Below are positions 39,966-51,658 of a DNA stretch of 64,000 nt, one piece after another; within the stretch, counting starts at the first letter, position 1, and each line of letters opens with the position of its first letter. Made by a program: the position numbers and the translations under genes. The notes under the pieces are model-generated. The model searched no databases. It worked only from the letters and a program-made list of their open reading frames with translations, and was not told where the DNA came from. The stretch is from positions 3,424,001 to 3,488,000 of the forward strand of contig CM000153.2 of the NCBI GenBank assembly GCA_000004695.1. The letters run 5' to 3'. Source of the DNA: Dictyostelium discoideum. Its lineage: Eukaryota.

Positions 39966-41387
39966 ATGAAAAAAAAGGTATTATTACACACTCAAGTCGA
40001 ACTTGATGAATTAAAAGAATATATGCTATCAGGTAAATATTTTTTTTTTTCTTTTTTTTTTCTTTTTTTTCCATTTCAATTAATTTAAATTGATTATTTA
40101 AAAAATATTACACCAGGTGATCCCTATGGAAATTTAAATTTAAATAAGAATGAAACAACTAAAGATCCAAGATTGATTGAAAAAAGTTATAAAGTTTTGA
40201 TTAGAAAACATAAAATAGCAATGAGCGAAAAAAGAAAACAAGAGACCAAACCAAATAAAGATGAACTTGAAAGAGACGAAGAACATTTTATAAAATTAAC
40301 AAATTCATATAAACTCTTATCAAATCGTAGAATGAAAGAATTATATGATCATTATTACTATGAAAAAATGGTAAAAATAAATAAAAGTAATGAAAAAAAT
40401 GAAAGTAATCCTTCATTTTCAAAAAGTTTATCTTCAACCTCAACTTCAGCATCAACATCAACAACAACATCACAAACATCACAAACATCAAGGTCACACA
40501 CATTATTATTATTAAAAGATTTATCACATTTATTAATGAATATTACATATTATCCAATTAGAGAATATTGTTATTTCATTCAAAGTTCAGTTAATATTAA
40601 TGGAGGATTCGATGAAAATGTATTTAATTTTAAAGAGTTACCAAAATATGGATTAGGAAAACTTTATAGAGGAATATTATTATCATCAATTGGTTTAAAT
40701 CAACTCAATGCTTTTAGAAGTATTATATTGAGCAAAGTTGCTGGTGGTTTATTGCAATTAAAACCTCACTCTTTGGTTGGTAGAATTTTAAGGTTTGCCT
40801 CCAAGTTTGCTGTTCTTATTCCATTTTGTTTGGTTGTTGACGTTTATGTTTTGGCACCAACCGAGTATTCTTTAATTAAAGTAATTAGAGATTGTATTCT
40901 AAAGAGAGGTGGTGACGGTATCAAATTTAGTAATTTATATTACTCTTTGTTCCCATCACTATCAATATTGGTTTCCAAGAAATTAATTAGAGGATCCGTT
41001 GAATTTTTAAAAGAAAGAATTAGTAAAAAATATGAAAATAATAAAGAAAGTAAGAAATTGGCCATATTGAATTCACTATTTTCAAATGTTGGTCTATTAT
41101 CAAGTTTCCTGTGTTGCCCTTTACAAGTGATTTATATTCAATATCCAAAGTTAATCATTAATTCTTATTTAGAAAATAATATTAGTTCAATACCATCACC
41201 TACTTTAAATCCAATCTCAATTGCAATTGAAATTTATAAAAATAACAATAACTCATTAAGTAAATTCTTTTGTGGTTTAGTTCCATATATATTATCAAAT
41301 GTTTATTTACATTATATTACCTCGGCCGCTATCATTAATACTAATAATAAAAAGTCAACTTATGATTATTTTGATATTTTTTCTTAA
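39966..41387 (+). CDS. protein with degenerate J-like domain plus mitochondrial-carrier-like repeats; 2 exons: join(39966..40032,40117..41387)
   Basis: Exon 1 encodes MKKKVLLHTQVELDELKEYMLSG, with donor GTAAAT at 40033 and acceptor AG at 40115-16 (phase 1). The J-like segment is DPYGNLNLNKNETTKDPRLIEKSYKVLIRKHKI...FIKLTNSYKLLSNRRMKELYD, without HPD. Carrier-like segments are YGLGKLYRGILLSSIGLNQLNAFRSIIL, CCPLQVIYIQYP and IEIYKNNNNSLSKFFCGLVPYILSNVY. Its architecture parallels 35087..36253. Confidence 0.55.
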
Positions 41388-41391
41388 GAAG

Positions 41392-41422
<31 letters not shown>

Positions 41423-41605
41423 TTTTGATTTTTAATTTATTTCATTTTTTATTTATTAAATTTTTTGATGTATCGAAAACTCCTAAAAATAAAATAAAAA
41501 AAAAAAAAAATAAAAAAAAACAAAAAAAAAACAAAAAAAATTTTGAATTTATATAATTATTATTTCTTCTAAAAAAAAAAAAATAAAAAAAAAAATAATA
41601 AATAA

Positions 41606-41636
<31 letters not shown>

Positions 41637-41799
41637 ATATAAGTATTATTTTACATCGTTGCGGCACAATTATAAATATAATTAAAATTTTAGAGTATTA
41701 GAAACTCCTAAAATAAAAAAAATAAAAATAAATAAAATTTATAAAAAAAATAAAAATAAATAAAATTTTATTTACTTAATCTTTTTTTTTCGAACATTG

Positions 41800-41831
<32 letters not shown>

Positions 41832-42395
41832 TGTTGTGTCTCATTAATTATTAATAGAAACTTTAAAATATCTTTTTAACACAAAAATTTGGGGGAAATA
41901 AAAATCTAAATCTGTGATTAATTTAATTTCATTTTTATTTTTTTTTTTTTTTTATTTTTTTTCTTTTTTTTTTTTTTTTTTTTTTTTTTTGTAAAAACAA
42001 ACCATTTTTTTTTTTTTTTTTTTTTTTAACCATTTACCATTAACCAAAAAAAATAACTTTAGAAAAGTCGCAAATGACCAGAATTTAAAAATAAAAAATT
42101 AAAAAAAAATTTAAAAATAAAAATAAAAAAAAAATATAAAAAAATAAAAAAAAATAAAAAAAAATAGAAAACTGTCAGACGATAAAAATATTTTTTTTTT
42201 TCAAAACACACTTTCCGAGGAGACACCACCCAATCAATAATTTTTTATTTTTTTTTTTTTTTCGTTTTCTTTTTTTTTTTCTTTTTTTTTTTTTTTCTTT
42301 GTTCTTTTTCTTTTTTTTTTTAAAAACAAAAAAAAAAAAAAAAAACTTAAAATTCTTTTAAAAGAGAGGAGAATAAATAAAATTTTCAAACTGTG

Positions 42396-44270
42396 ATGAA
42401 TAAAAATTTTTTATTTACATTATTTTTAGTGTTTGTAAATGTAATTTTTGTTGCATCACAAAGAGTCAATATTTCAGTTGATTACAGTATTAATAAAGGA
42501 TATAGCAATTCACAATGTGGTGTTGATACAGAACCAGCCTGTACGTCATTAGAAGATGCAGGAAATAGAGCAATTTTGGAATCTGTAGAGAATAATGCAA
42601 CCCCAATTTTAATTTATATCCTCAGTAATATTAATGGATCAGCGCCTGCTTCTCTTGGTAATTTGTATTCAGTTTGTGCATTTATTCAAATTCTATCACC
42701 AAATGCAAGCAATCCATTCACAATTGATGGATCAAATACAGATCAACCATTTTTAACAATTGAAGAACCAAGTGAACAACAAACAACATCATCAACATCA
42801 TCATCATCATCATCATCACCAACATGTTTAATTCAAAGAAAAATTTATATATCAAATTTAAAATTTACAAATTGGAAACAAACCCTTATTAAAATCCATA
42901 TAAATCAAGAAACAAAAGAAACACCAACTGACCAATCAAAGAGTATTATATTACAAGTTTTCAGAACAGAGGTATCTTATTCAAGTAGTATTTTATTAAT
43001 TTATCCAAAGAATCAAAATGAATATTATAATTATAATTCAATAGCGATTTTGGCTATGATTACAGCTAAATATATGACCTCTTCACCAAACTTACTCGCT
43101 CCAAATTCTATTGATGAATTATTACCACCTTTATATATCGTCGGTGCTGCGGTTCAAGATCAAATTTATCTTGAAAATAGTAATATCTCATTAACTCCAT
43201 TTTTCTACATTGAAAAGTGCCTTTGGAAAGGTGGTATCAGAAACATCTCTAATAATATCTTTTCTTGTAACCCTTATATGTTCTTTGTTAAAAGTCATAT
43301 GTTCAGTATAGGTATGATTTCATTTTTTAACAATGAAGTTATGACCTATATTTATATTTTAGAACAACAAGCCGATTTTGTAGCTATCACACCAGTAGCA
43401 GATTTAGCCAATATTTCAACGCCAACCTATTGTCATAAAAACAAATATTTAAACCATCAATACTATAACTCATTTACTGTATTTATAAGAGGAAATTCAA
43501 CTTTTTCTGATCTTTATTTTAATATGCTCAGCTACTATAAATCAAATATTGATTTTTTTTATGCCCAAGATTCAAATATCAATTTTGAATTTGCTGCTAC
43601 TTATCCACCAAATCGCGGATATGCGAATCTATTCAAAATTATCAATTGCACCCTCAGAATTTATAATGTAGATATGTCCGTCTATCAATTCCCAATTGTT
43701 GGCTCAAATTCGTCTGTATACCTTGATAGCTATTATTTAAATAACACTCTCATTTTCAAAAATGAAACCTTTTGTAATTGTAGTGATTGTTTATATTATG
43801 AATATTTAAATTCAAATATCAAAAGAATTGATACTTCTTTTAGATATTCCTTATGCAACCCTAAACTTACTCCAACTCCATCAACTACCACTACTCCAAC
43901 ACCTTCAACAACTACAACTTCAACATCTACAACTATTACAGATCCAACAGCAACAACTACCACTACAACCACTTTAATTCCAACTTCAACAACTTCAACA
44001 ACTACATCAACAACTTCAACAACAACTACAACAACAACGACAATAATAACAACAACAGCTGCAACAACGATGACTGCAACAACAGCTGCAACAACGACAA
44101 CTTCAATTCCAACTACCTCAATAACCACTTCAGACATAACCACATCTCCCATACAAACAGGTTCACATTCAACTTCAAGTGCAGAAAAAATATCAATGGC
44201 CGAGCCAACTTCAAAAAGAACCTCAATAATGGTATTGTTTATTGTGGTAATAGTGTTTATTTTCATGTAA
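42396..44270 (+). CDS. L-family surface glycoprotein with poly-Thr/Ser mucin stalk and C-terminal TM (about 625 aa)
   Basis: Signal MNKNFLFTLFLVFVNVIFVAS. Motifs SQCGVDTEPACTSLEDAGNRAILES, LGNLYSVCAFIQI, NLKFTNWKQTLIKIHINQET, IYPKNQNEYYNY, LPPLYIVGAAV and the FCNCSDCLYYEY Cys cluster. About 100 aa of T/S/P-rich stalk, then TM IMVLFIVVIVFIF at the extreme C-terminus. An unresolved 3' exon is possible. Confidence 0.7.
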   Translation: MNKNFLFTLFLVFVNVIFVASQRVNISVDYSINKGYSNSQCGVDTEPACTSLEDAGNRAILESVENNATPILIYILSNINGSAPASLGNLYSVCAFIQILSPNASNPFTIDGSNTDQPFLTIEEPSEQQTTSSTSSSSSSSPTCLIQRKIYISNLKFTNWKQTLIKIHINQETKETPTDQSKSIILQVFRTEVSYSSSILLIYPKNQNEYYNYNSIAILAMITAKYMTSSPNLLAPNSIDELLPPLYIVGAAVQDQIYLENSNISLTPFFYIEKCLWKGGIRNISNNIFSCNPYMFFVKSHMFSIGMISFFNNEVMTYIYILEQQADFVAITPVADLANISTPTYCHKNKYLNHQYYNSFTVFIRGNSTFSDLYFNMLSYYKSNIDFFYAQDSNINFEFAATYPPNRGYANLFKIINCTLRIYNVDMSVYQFPIVGSNSSVYLDSYYLNNTLIFKNETFCNCSDCLYYEYLNSNIKRIDTSFRYSLCNPKLTPTPSTTTTPTPSTTTTSTSTTITDPTATTTTTTTLIPTSTTSTTTSTTSTTTTTTTTIITTTAATTMTATTAATTTTSIPTTSITTSDITTSPIQTGSHSTSSAEKISMAEPTSKRTSIMVLFIVVIVFIFM

Positions 44271-44382
44271 AACAAAATCTTTCCATTATTTATATTTTTA
44301 TATTCTAATAAAATTTATGCGCAAAATTTTTTTTTTTTTTTTTAAGTAAATATTATTTAAAACATTCAGCGAAAAGGGTTTT

Positions 44383-44417
<35 letters not shown>

Positions 44418-44438
44418 TAATTAAAATTAAAAACAATA

Positions 44439-44480
<42 letters not shown>

Positions 44481-45351
44481 GTAACAAGCCTTGTTAACAA
44501 CAAATCGAAAGTTTTATAATAAAAAAAACTTTTAATAATAATTGATGGTTTTAATAAAATTAAAAAAAAAAAAAAAAAAAAAAAAGATGAAAATAAAACA
44601 AGTATATTTGCGTACTTATACATATTTTTGAGAAATTGCGAAATCTCAAATTTGAGTCCACTTTTATTTAAAATACAAAAAAAAAAAAAATAATTCTTCG
44701 AAATCAGCTGTTTAGGAGGTTTGATCTTTTTTTTATTTTTTGTTTTTATTTTTTTTTATTTTTTGAAATTTTAACAATAAACCTCGGAGCCCCTATGAAA
44801 CATATGTATTGTTTTTTATTTTTTTAAAAAAAGAATTCAGAGAATTTTAATTTAATGGGACATTGGTAATATATATATCAACCAATCTTGACAATGATTT
44901 TAAAAAAAGTTCGCATATTGGGGAATTCGCAATTTTTAAAAAAAAAAAAAAAAAAAAACTTAATAATTTGATTAAAAAAAAAAAACAATACATTTCGTTT
45001 GGTTCTTTGAAAGTTTAATTAATTTTTAAAAAATGAACAGCAATTCACAAATGAGAAAATCGTGTTTGTATAATTTTACAAAAATTACTCTGATGGCAAT
45101 AAAATACTAAAATAAACATAATTTCTTGTAATTTCAATGCAATTATCCACTTTTTCCTAATTTTTTAATTTTTTTTTTTTTAAAAAAATAAAAAAAACAA
45201 TACTATTTAAGCAATAAATAATTTTTTTTTTTTTTTCATTCTTATCATCTTTAAAAACAATTACTTATAAACTAAATAATATCATTTAATTCTTTCTTCC
45301 TTTCTTTTTATATATATAACAAAAAAAAAAAAAAAAATTCTAAACCATAAA

Positions 45352-46119
45352 ATGTTTAAATTAAATTTTAAAAATAATTATAAAGTTTTAACACTTTTAT
45401 TCTCTTTGACTCTTTCAATGTTTGTTTCAAATGCTCAAGTTTATTACCCAGGCTATTTAAATAATGTATCTAGTATTTCAACGGTTTCTGCAGATTATTT
45501 CCCACTTTTAGTTCACAATCCTCCATTAACCAATTCTACAACTTATTCTTTTAATGAGGCTATTAATTTACTTGACACAGTTACTGATCCAATTTTTAAT
45601 GCTACTCAAATTCAAGCATTACTTAATACATGGGCCTCAAATGTTAAAGCCGTTATTGGTCTTTCTTTACCAATTTATGTTACACAACTCAATAGAATTA
45701 ATCGTATTGATTTACTCTCAATTCAAATGTATACAGAAACCAATAGTGCCTTCATCCTCAGTGCTACAACCTATGCTCCATTAAAACCACAAGGTGTGTC
45801 AATTCTCAACCAAGTTAATGCAATTAAAGCTTCATTGAATGGTATTACTTTAACAACTACTCAACAAGCTCAATTGACTCAATTCAATGCTGCAATTTCT
45901 AAAATTCAACTTTCTGTCTCAAATAGCCATTTAATTACTTTTGGTGCTAATGATGTTATTCCATTCAACTCTGACTCTTTATCTTACATGGAATATATTG
46001 CTGATGATATTTTAACATTAGATGATGCTATTGATATAATTAAACAAAATAATGTTAGAATTTTAAATTATATTTATGATTTATATTCAACACACAAAAC
46101 TTTAAGCTTAAATTTTTAA
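45352..46119 (+). CDS. S-family small secreted protein (255 aa), paralogue of 50787..51530 and 56410..57210
   Basis: Signal MFKLNFKNNYKVLTLLFSLTLSMFVSNAQ. It shares a C-terminal SYM...LY...L.F block with the other two (SLSYMEYIADDI...ILNYIYDLYSTHKTLSLNF). It is Thr/Ser/Asn-rich with no TM. Confidence 0.6.
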   Translation: MFKLNFKNNYKVLTLLFSLTLSMFVSNAQVYYPGYLNNVSSISTVSADYFPLLVHNPPLTNSTTYSFNEAINLLDTVTDPIFNATQIQALLNTWASNVKAVIGLSLPIYVTQLNRINRIDLLSIQMYTETNSAFILSATTYAPLKPQGVSILNQVNAIKASLNGITLTTTQQAQLTQFNAAISKIQLSVSNSHLITFGANDVIPFNSDSLSYMEYIADDILTLDDAIDIIKQNNVRILNYIYDLYSTHKTLSLNF

Positions 46120-46455
46120 ATGTAAAAAATATATATAATCCAATAGCGTAATCTTTTATTTTATTTTTTTTTTATCGAAATTTAATCAACCAAAAAAAAA
46201 AAAAAAAAAAAAAAAAAATAATTAAAAAAAAAAAAAAAATAATAATAATAAAATAAATAAATAAAACAAAAAAAAAAGAAAAATAATAAAGACCAATCTT
46301 TTTTTTTTAATTTTTTAAATTTTTGATGTGTTTTGGTTGAGGTTTTTTTTTTTTTTTTATTTTCATATCTGATTTTCATTTCCAGGGGGTTTTTTTTTTT
46401 TTTAATTTTTTGAGTTTTGGTGTAATTTTAGAAATTTTATTATAAAAAAAAAAAT

Positions 46456-46479
46456 TTCTTTGCAGGATGTGCACAAAAA
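46456..46479. promoter_or_regulatory. conserved intergenic motif TTCYTTTGCAGGATRTGCACAAAAA (copy 1; copy 2 at 47301..47324)
   Basis: The same 23/24-nt GC-containing motif, preceded by a poly-A run, occurs twice about 850 bp apart in otherwise unalignable AT-rich spacer between cluster genes. Confidence 0.3.
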
Positions 46480-46917
46480 CCTGCATTTTAAAACTAAAAA
46501 AAAAACCATTTGCGAGATATTTTTTTATTAAAAAAAAAAAAAAAATATCTTATATTTGTTTTATATTTTTTTTTTTTTAATATATTTTTTTTTTTTTTTT
46601 TATAATATATTTTTTTTTTCTCCCCTTAAAAATAATCCTAAAGAACAATGATCATTTGAAAACAAAATCTATTTATTTTTTTTTAAAAAAAAAAAAATAG
46701 AAAAAAAAAAGGTCCAATTACACCACACACATAAGTGGTAGGATCAGCAAACTCATGGGCCACAAACTTTTAAACCCTTATTACTTGTATACACTTCCTA
46801 TTTACATAGCGCAACTCTATAGATTTTATTGGATTGATTAGATAGCGGGTTCAACCTCATCAGTTTACAGATCATATCACTAAGCGCCAAGGTATTTTTT
46901 TAAAAAAATTTACATAT

Positions 46918-46963
<46 letters not shown>

Positions 46964-47618
46964 TTAATAATTAAAATAAATATTCCGAATCAAAACAATA
47001 TTTTTTTTTTTTAGTCAATTAATTTTGATAGGCCATAATTTGGTTTTTGTATTGTTTATTCTTTTTTTTTTTTTCCTTTTTCCTTTTAAATTTTTTTTTA
47101 TATTTTCGCATATCCTCGGTCGTTCAAGGCACTCCTCCAATTCCAAGAATATATATTTTTTTTTTTTTTTTTTTTTAATTTGCTTGTTGGGTTGGTTTTT
47201 ATGGTGTTTTTTTTTTTTTTAATTATTTGAACAAATATCAACCGAAAATTTACCCTTTTTTTTTTTTATAATAAATTTTAAAAGAAAAAAAAAAATATTT
47301 TCCTTTGCAGGATATGCACAAAAATATTCATTACAATTAATACGATGATGGAAAGTAATTTTGTAAATTTGAAGAGTTTAAAGTTATAATAAAAAACCTA
47401 ATTGGTGTATGCTTTCTAACTCTCCTTTTTTTTATTTTTTTTTTTTTTTTATTTTTTTTTTTTTTATAATGGGTTTTTTTTTCTTGGCCATCGAAAACAT
47501 ATCTATTTATTTATTTTTAAAGATACCCCAATAATTTTTCTTGCGTAACGAGTATTATTTTTAAAAAAAAATTTTTTTTTAAATTTTTTATATGTATATT
47601 TATATAAATATTTATATA

Positions 47619-47676
<58 letters not shown>

Positions 47677-47926
47677 GAATTTTTTTTCTTAAGAGCAAAT
47701 ATAGCAAAAAAGAAAAAAGACGTTATTAATTATTAATACCAATGCGGATTGAGTTCTCGGTGATTTTGAAAATATCTTCAATCAAGTGACTTTTTTTTTT
47801 TTTTAAATTTTTAAAATTTTAATGTATTTTTTGAATAAAAACAAAAAACTTTTTTTTTTTTAATTGTTGTCGTTCTCACACTTCAATAAACTGATATTGT
47901 TGTACAACAATTTACAATTTTATTTA

Positions 47927-47957
<31 letters not shown>

Positions 47958-47997
47958 TTTCCAACCAAAAAAAAATAAAAAAATAAAAAAAAAAAAA

Positions 47998-49428
47998 ATG
48001 AAAAATAATGTTTTTTTTTCAATTTTATTTTTAACCATCAGTTTTTTGATTTGTGTTCCAAATGCAACATCTCAAACACTTTCAACAGCCATCACATTGA
48101 AAGTTGATTTCGGTTCTATAACACCATATGTCAATAGTGAGTGTGGTGGCATTTTGGATAGTAGCGATACCACAATCTATCCACCATGTAAAAGTTTTAA
48201 AGACGCAGGCAATAGAGCCAGACAATATCTCAACAGTGGACTTGCAATTCCAAATAGTAACTACCTCACCATCAGTGTTATTAATACTGCAATTACACCA
48301 AACATTGACGGTGAATCAGCTCAACTTGGAAACCTTTTTGGATTTTGTACTGTCGATATTTTAATTGCCACCACCACATCACGTGCAATTGTAGATGGAA
48401 CTTTATCAACATCTCACTTTGTCAGTCTCCAAGAACCAAATGTTCCAAACACATCATACCAATGTAGTTCTGGAAAAACATTAAGAATTAGAAATATTGA
48501 ATTTAAAAATTGGGGTAACCAAACAATCGTATACACCAATTTAAATCAAGTTTTCAATAGCCTCACCAAGCAATCCATTTTCTTCGCAACAGTATACACA
48601 TGGTTTTCCAACAGTATTATCAACGTTCAACCAAAAGGCACAAACTTTGAATATGGATCTGTAGCTTTTCAATGCAGTATTTGCTATTTTAATAACATCA
48701 ATTCATCATTAACTTTACCACCATTCAACTTTAATGGTGCCAATGTAGTTATTATAGGCTCTCGTTTCCTTAATTCCATATTAAACTCATCACCATTTAT
48801 TTACTCAAATATCGGTCTCTTCAATTTAAAGGCAACAAGTTTAATTGATAATGTCGTTATCAATAATGGTCATCCATTTGTAAAAACTTTGAATGTTGGC
48901 GATAATTTTTACTACACTGGCGTTACAGTCTCCAATTGCCAATTCTCAAAATTTATACAACACGAAAATAACAAAATCAATGCTCCAAGAGAATCTGCAA
49001 TTCTACATATCTCAACTATGTATTTAATTAATAACATTATCACCTCAAACTACAATGATCCAACAAATTCATTTTTTTCATTCCAAAATTTCATTGGTGC
49101 GTCTTATACCTTGGATTTTAATACTATATCTTCATCAGGTAACATCGTTCTCGGTCAAAACAAATCTTTTATTTCTAATCAAAATTCAAATTCCACGAGC
49201 TCTTTCTCAGAACCTCCAAGTGATTTCCAAATAGGGTTTAACACTGAAAATTCACACACTGATATATTATATTCAAGCGTTTTATCAACCATTCCTTTTG
49301 TTGGATCCAATTCAATCTTTACTTTCTCCTCCTCTGGTGATTGTATTATCGCAAACACTGCAAATTATAACCATTGTGGTACCTGTCAAATTATAGTTGA
49401 TTCTGATATAAAATATGATAATCTATAA
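47998..49428 (+). CDS. L-family (secreted subtype, 476 aa); inverted duplicate of 36993..38417
   Basis: Signal MKNNVFFSILFLTISFLICVPNATS, then near-identical sequence through ...HENNKINAPRESAI. The C-terminal 140 aa diverge and end ...NHCGTCQIIVDSDIKYDNL. The alternate-frame artefact ORF 48128..48364 equals 38054..38314 on the opposite strand. Confidence 0.7.
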   Translation: MKNNVFFSILFLTISFLICVPNATSQTLSTAITLKVDFGSITPYVNSECGGILDSSDTTIYPPCKSFKDAGNRARQYLNSGLAIPNSNYLTISVINTAITPNIDGESAQLGNLFGFCTVDILIATTTSRAIVDGTLSTSHFVSLQEPNVPNTSYQCSSGKTLRIRNIEFKNWGNQTIVYTNLNQVFNSLTKQSIFFATVYTWFSNSIINVQPKGTNFEYGSVAFQCSICYFNNINSSLTLPPFNFNGANVVIIGSRFLNSILNSSPFIYSNIGLFNLKATSLIDNVVINNGHPFVKTLNVGDNFYYTGVTVSNCQFSKFIQHENNKINAPRESAILHISTMYLINNIITSNYNDPTNSFFSFQNFIGASYTLDFNTISSSGNIVLGQNKSFISNQNSNSTSSFSEPPSDFQIGFNTENSHTDILYSSVLSTIPFVGSNSIFTFSSSGDCIIANTANYNHCGTCQIIVDSDIKYDNL

Positions 49429-49639
49429 GCAAAATAAATATTTTTTTTAAAATCAATTTTTTTTATTAAATATAATAGAAAAAAAAAAATAATAATAAAA
49501 AAAAAAAAAAAAAAAAAAAAATCATTATCTATTTTCTTTTTTTTTTTTTTATTTTATTTTTTATTATATTTTTATTTAAAACAAAAATAAATCAATTTTT
49601 TTTTTTTTTTTTTAAAAAAAGAGATAACCACCTTTAGCA

Positions 49640-49770
49640 CAATGAATAATCAGTGAATAGTTATAATTTTAAAAAAAAAATTTTAAAAAATTTAATAGAA
49701 CAGGATAACTTTCATTTAAAGATAAAAAAAAAAAATTTTCAAATTATAATTATTCACTGATTATTCATTG
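49640..49770. repeat. inverted repeat (30-bp arms, 1 mismatch, 71-bp spacer): hairpin or MITE-like element
   Basis: Left arm caatgaataatcagtgaatagttataattt at 49640..49669. Right arm aaattataattattcactgattattcattg at 49741..49770 is its reverse complement with one mismatch. Confidence 0.6.
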
Positions 49771-50238
49771 GCTAATTACAATCAGCAAAAAAATATGGGT
49801 TTTATTATTACGCAACACATTCAAAAATAAAAAATTAAAATAAAAATAATTATGTTCAAAATTTTACCGCCTGCAAAGAAAAAAAACAAATCATAACAAA
49901 TTTGTTTATTTTTTTTTTTTTTTTTTATTTTATTTTTCTTTTTTTTATTTTTCTTTTTTTATTTTTCTTTTTTTTTCAAAAAACGGTTTAACAAAAATAC
50001 ACAATTTAAATGTGTTGTATTGCGTAATAAAAAAAAAAAAATCAAAAAAAAAAATATCTTTTGTGAAGTTTGCACATCGACGAACTATTTTCCTTCCCTT
50101 TTCGGTTTTTTTTTTAAATTTATTATTTTGATTATTTTAATTTTTTTTTTTTTAAATTTATTTTTTTGATTATTTTCCTATTCTTTTTTTTTTTTTTTTT
50201 TTTTAGATTTATAATTTTTATTTTATTTTCTTCCTTTT

Positions 50239-50285
<47 letters not shown>

Positions 50286-50511
50286 ATTTAGTTTCTTTGA
50301 AGGTTCATTGAAATATATACAATATGAAAAAATTCGAGTCTATATTTAACCACATTATCTAGATAAATAGTTCGCGAGCAAAACACGAAAGTAACTTTTT
50401 TTATTTTTAAAGAAATGAACAACCTACTTTACTAAGAAATTGATCAAATGGTTTTTTTAATTTATTTTTATTTTTTTTTATTTTTTTTTTTTTTTTTTTA
50501 AGATATTTTCT

Positions 50512-50564
<53 letters not shown>

Positions 50565-50786
50565 ATGAGACAATTTTTTAATATTTTAACCAAATTTTTT
50601 TTTTTTTTTATTTTAAAAATAAATATACTCTTTACACTCTTTGCTTTTTAATTATCTTAATTGTAAGTTTCCATCATTTATTTATTTTTTGTTTTATTAA
50701 TTTTCTTTTTTTTTTTTTTTTTTTTTTTCATACAATAATAAATTTCATAAATTAATAATTTTTAATTTAAAGAACCAAATACAGAA

Positions 50787-51530
50787 ATGACAATAACCAA
50801 TTATCCATTTGTTACTGGTTCAAACCTTACATCACCATGCGATATTCCTCGTGTCGCTCTTCTTGCTTATACAAACCAAAGTCTTGCATTAAATGCTGCT
50901 GGAGGTACAATTGAAAGCGCATCAGATTTATTCTCAATCACTCTTTGCAAATATTATTTGAATAGCGTCGTTTCTCTCTCTCCAACCAATGTATTTGGTG
51001 GTGTTGCACATTATTCCAGTTTAACAACACTTATGAATAATCTTGACTCTGCCGCTGATACCATTCTCAATGCACTCTACGCATCCATCAATACTTGTGG
51101 TACTTTCACTGATTTGACTGCAACAAAATTCGACACACTCTCAACAGCCTTTAGTGGTTATAGAACAACTATTTTATCACTCCAAACTAGTTCTAATACT
51201 TTAAAAACAGCAATCACTACAACCAGAGACAGTTTAACATTGACCACTGACATTTATAACACTGTAAAAACATGTTACACAAATGTTATCACTGCTTTAG
51301 AAGGTTTGAGTGCTCGTTTGGGTCAAGTTGCATCTTTACTTAATACTCATAACGCAAATTTCCCAACATTTAAGGATAATGTTACCTCTTATACTGATCC
51401 AGAAGGTCCAGGTGATCAAAGCAATTATATGTCTTCAATGAACTATTCCATGGTTACTTATTTGATTAGCTCAAATACCATTTTTTCAAAACTTTATTTT
51501 TATAAAAGATTACGTGGTGTTATCTTTTAA
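50787..51530 (+). CDS. S-family small secreted protein paralogue; 5' signal-peptide exon unresolved
   Basis: Aligns with 56410..57210: TNYPFVTGSNLTSPCDIPRVALLAYTNQSLAL versus TNYIPAIGRDLINPADIPRAALPTYSNQLDAL. LCKYYLNSVVSLSPTNVFGGVAHYSSL aligns with FSKYYLNNIVALSTSNTFGAVSHYNNL. The C-terminus SNYMSSMNYSMVTYLISSNTIFSKLYFYKRLRGVIF aligns too. It starts where its paralogue's mature protein begins. An upstream ATG at 50565 and a hydrophobic stretch ending at a GTAAGT (50663) suggest a first exon, but the frames do not join as sequenced. Confidence 0.5.
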   Translation: MTITNYPFVTGSNLTSPCDIPRVALLAYTNQSLALNAAGGTIESASDLFSITLCKYYLNSVVSLSPTNVFGGVAHYSSLTTLMNNLDSAADTILNALYASINTCGTFTDLTATKFDTLSTAFSGYRTTILSLQTSSNTLKTAITTTRDSLTLTTDIYNTVKTCYTNVITALEGLSARLGQVASLLNTHNANFPTFKDNVTSYTDPEGPGDQSNYMSSMNYSMVTYLISSNTIFSKLYFYKRLRGVIF

Positions 51531-51619
51531 ATATATTAAATTTAATTTAATTAAATAGATCTGTAATTTTAGAAAAGATTCATAAAAATAAATAAATAAA
51601 GAAATTGTCTTCTTTTAAA

Positions 51620-51658
<39 letters not shown>

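Noticed and set aside
43796-44275. 159-aa minus-strand ORF rich in V and E
   Set aside because: It is the antisense of the poly-Thr stalk codons (ACN repeats) of gene 42396..44270.
44270-44420. Possible extra 3' exon giving gene 42396..44270 a cytoplasmic tail (catg|gtaaaa donor-like sequence at the stop)
   Set aside because: The only in-frame continuation runs into poly-T and gives poly-Phe with no plausible acceptor or tail homology to the other L genes.
46820-46870. Possible tRNA gene (GGGTTCAACC T-loop-like motif)
   Set aside because: No acceptor stem, D-arm or anticodon arm could be paired by eye. Kept only as a low-interest finding.
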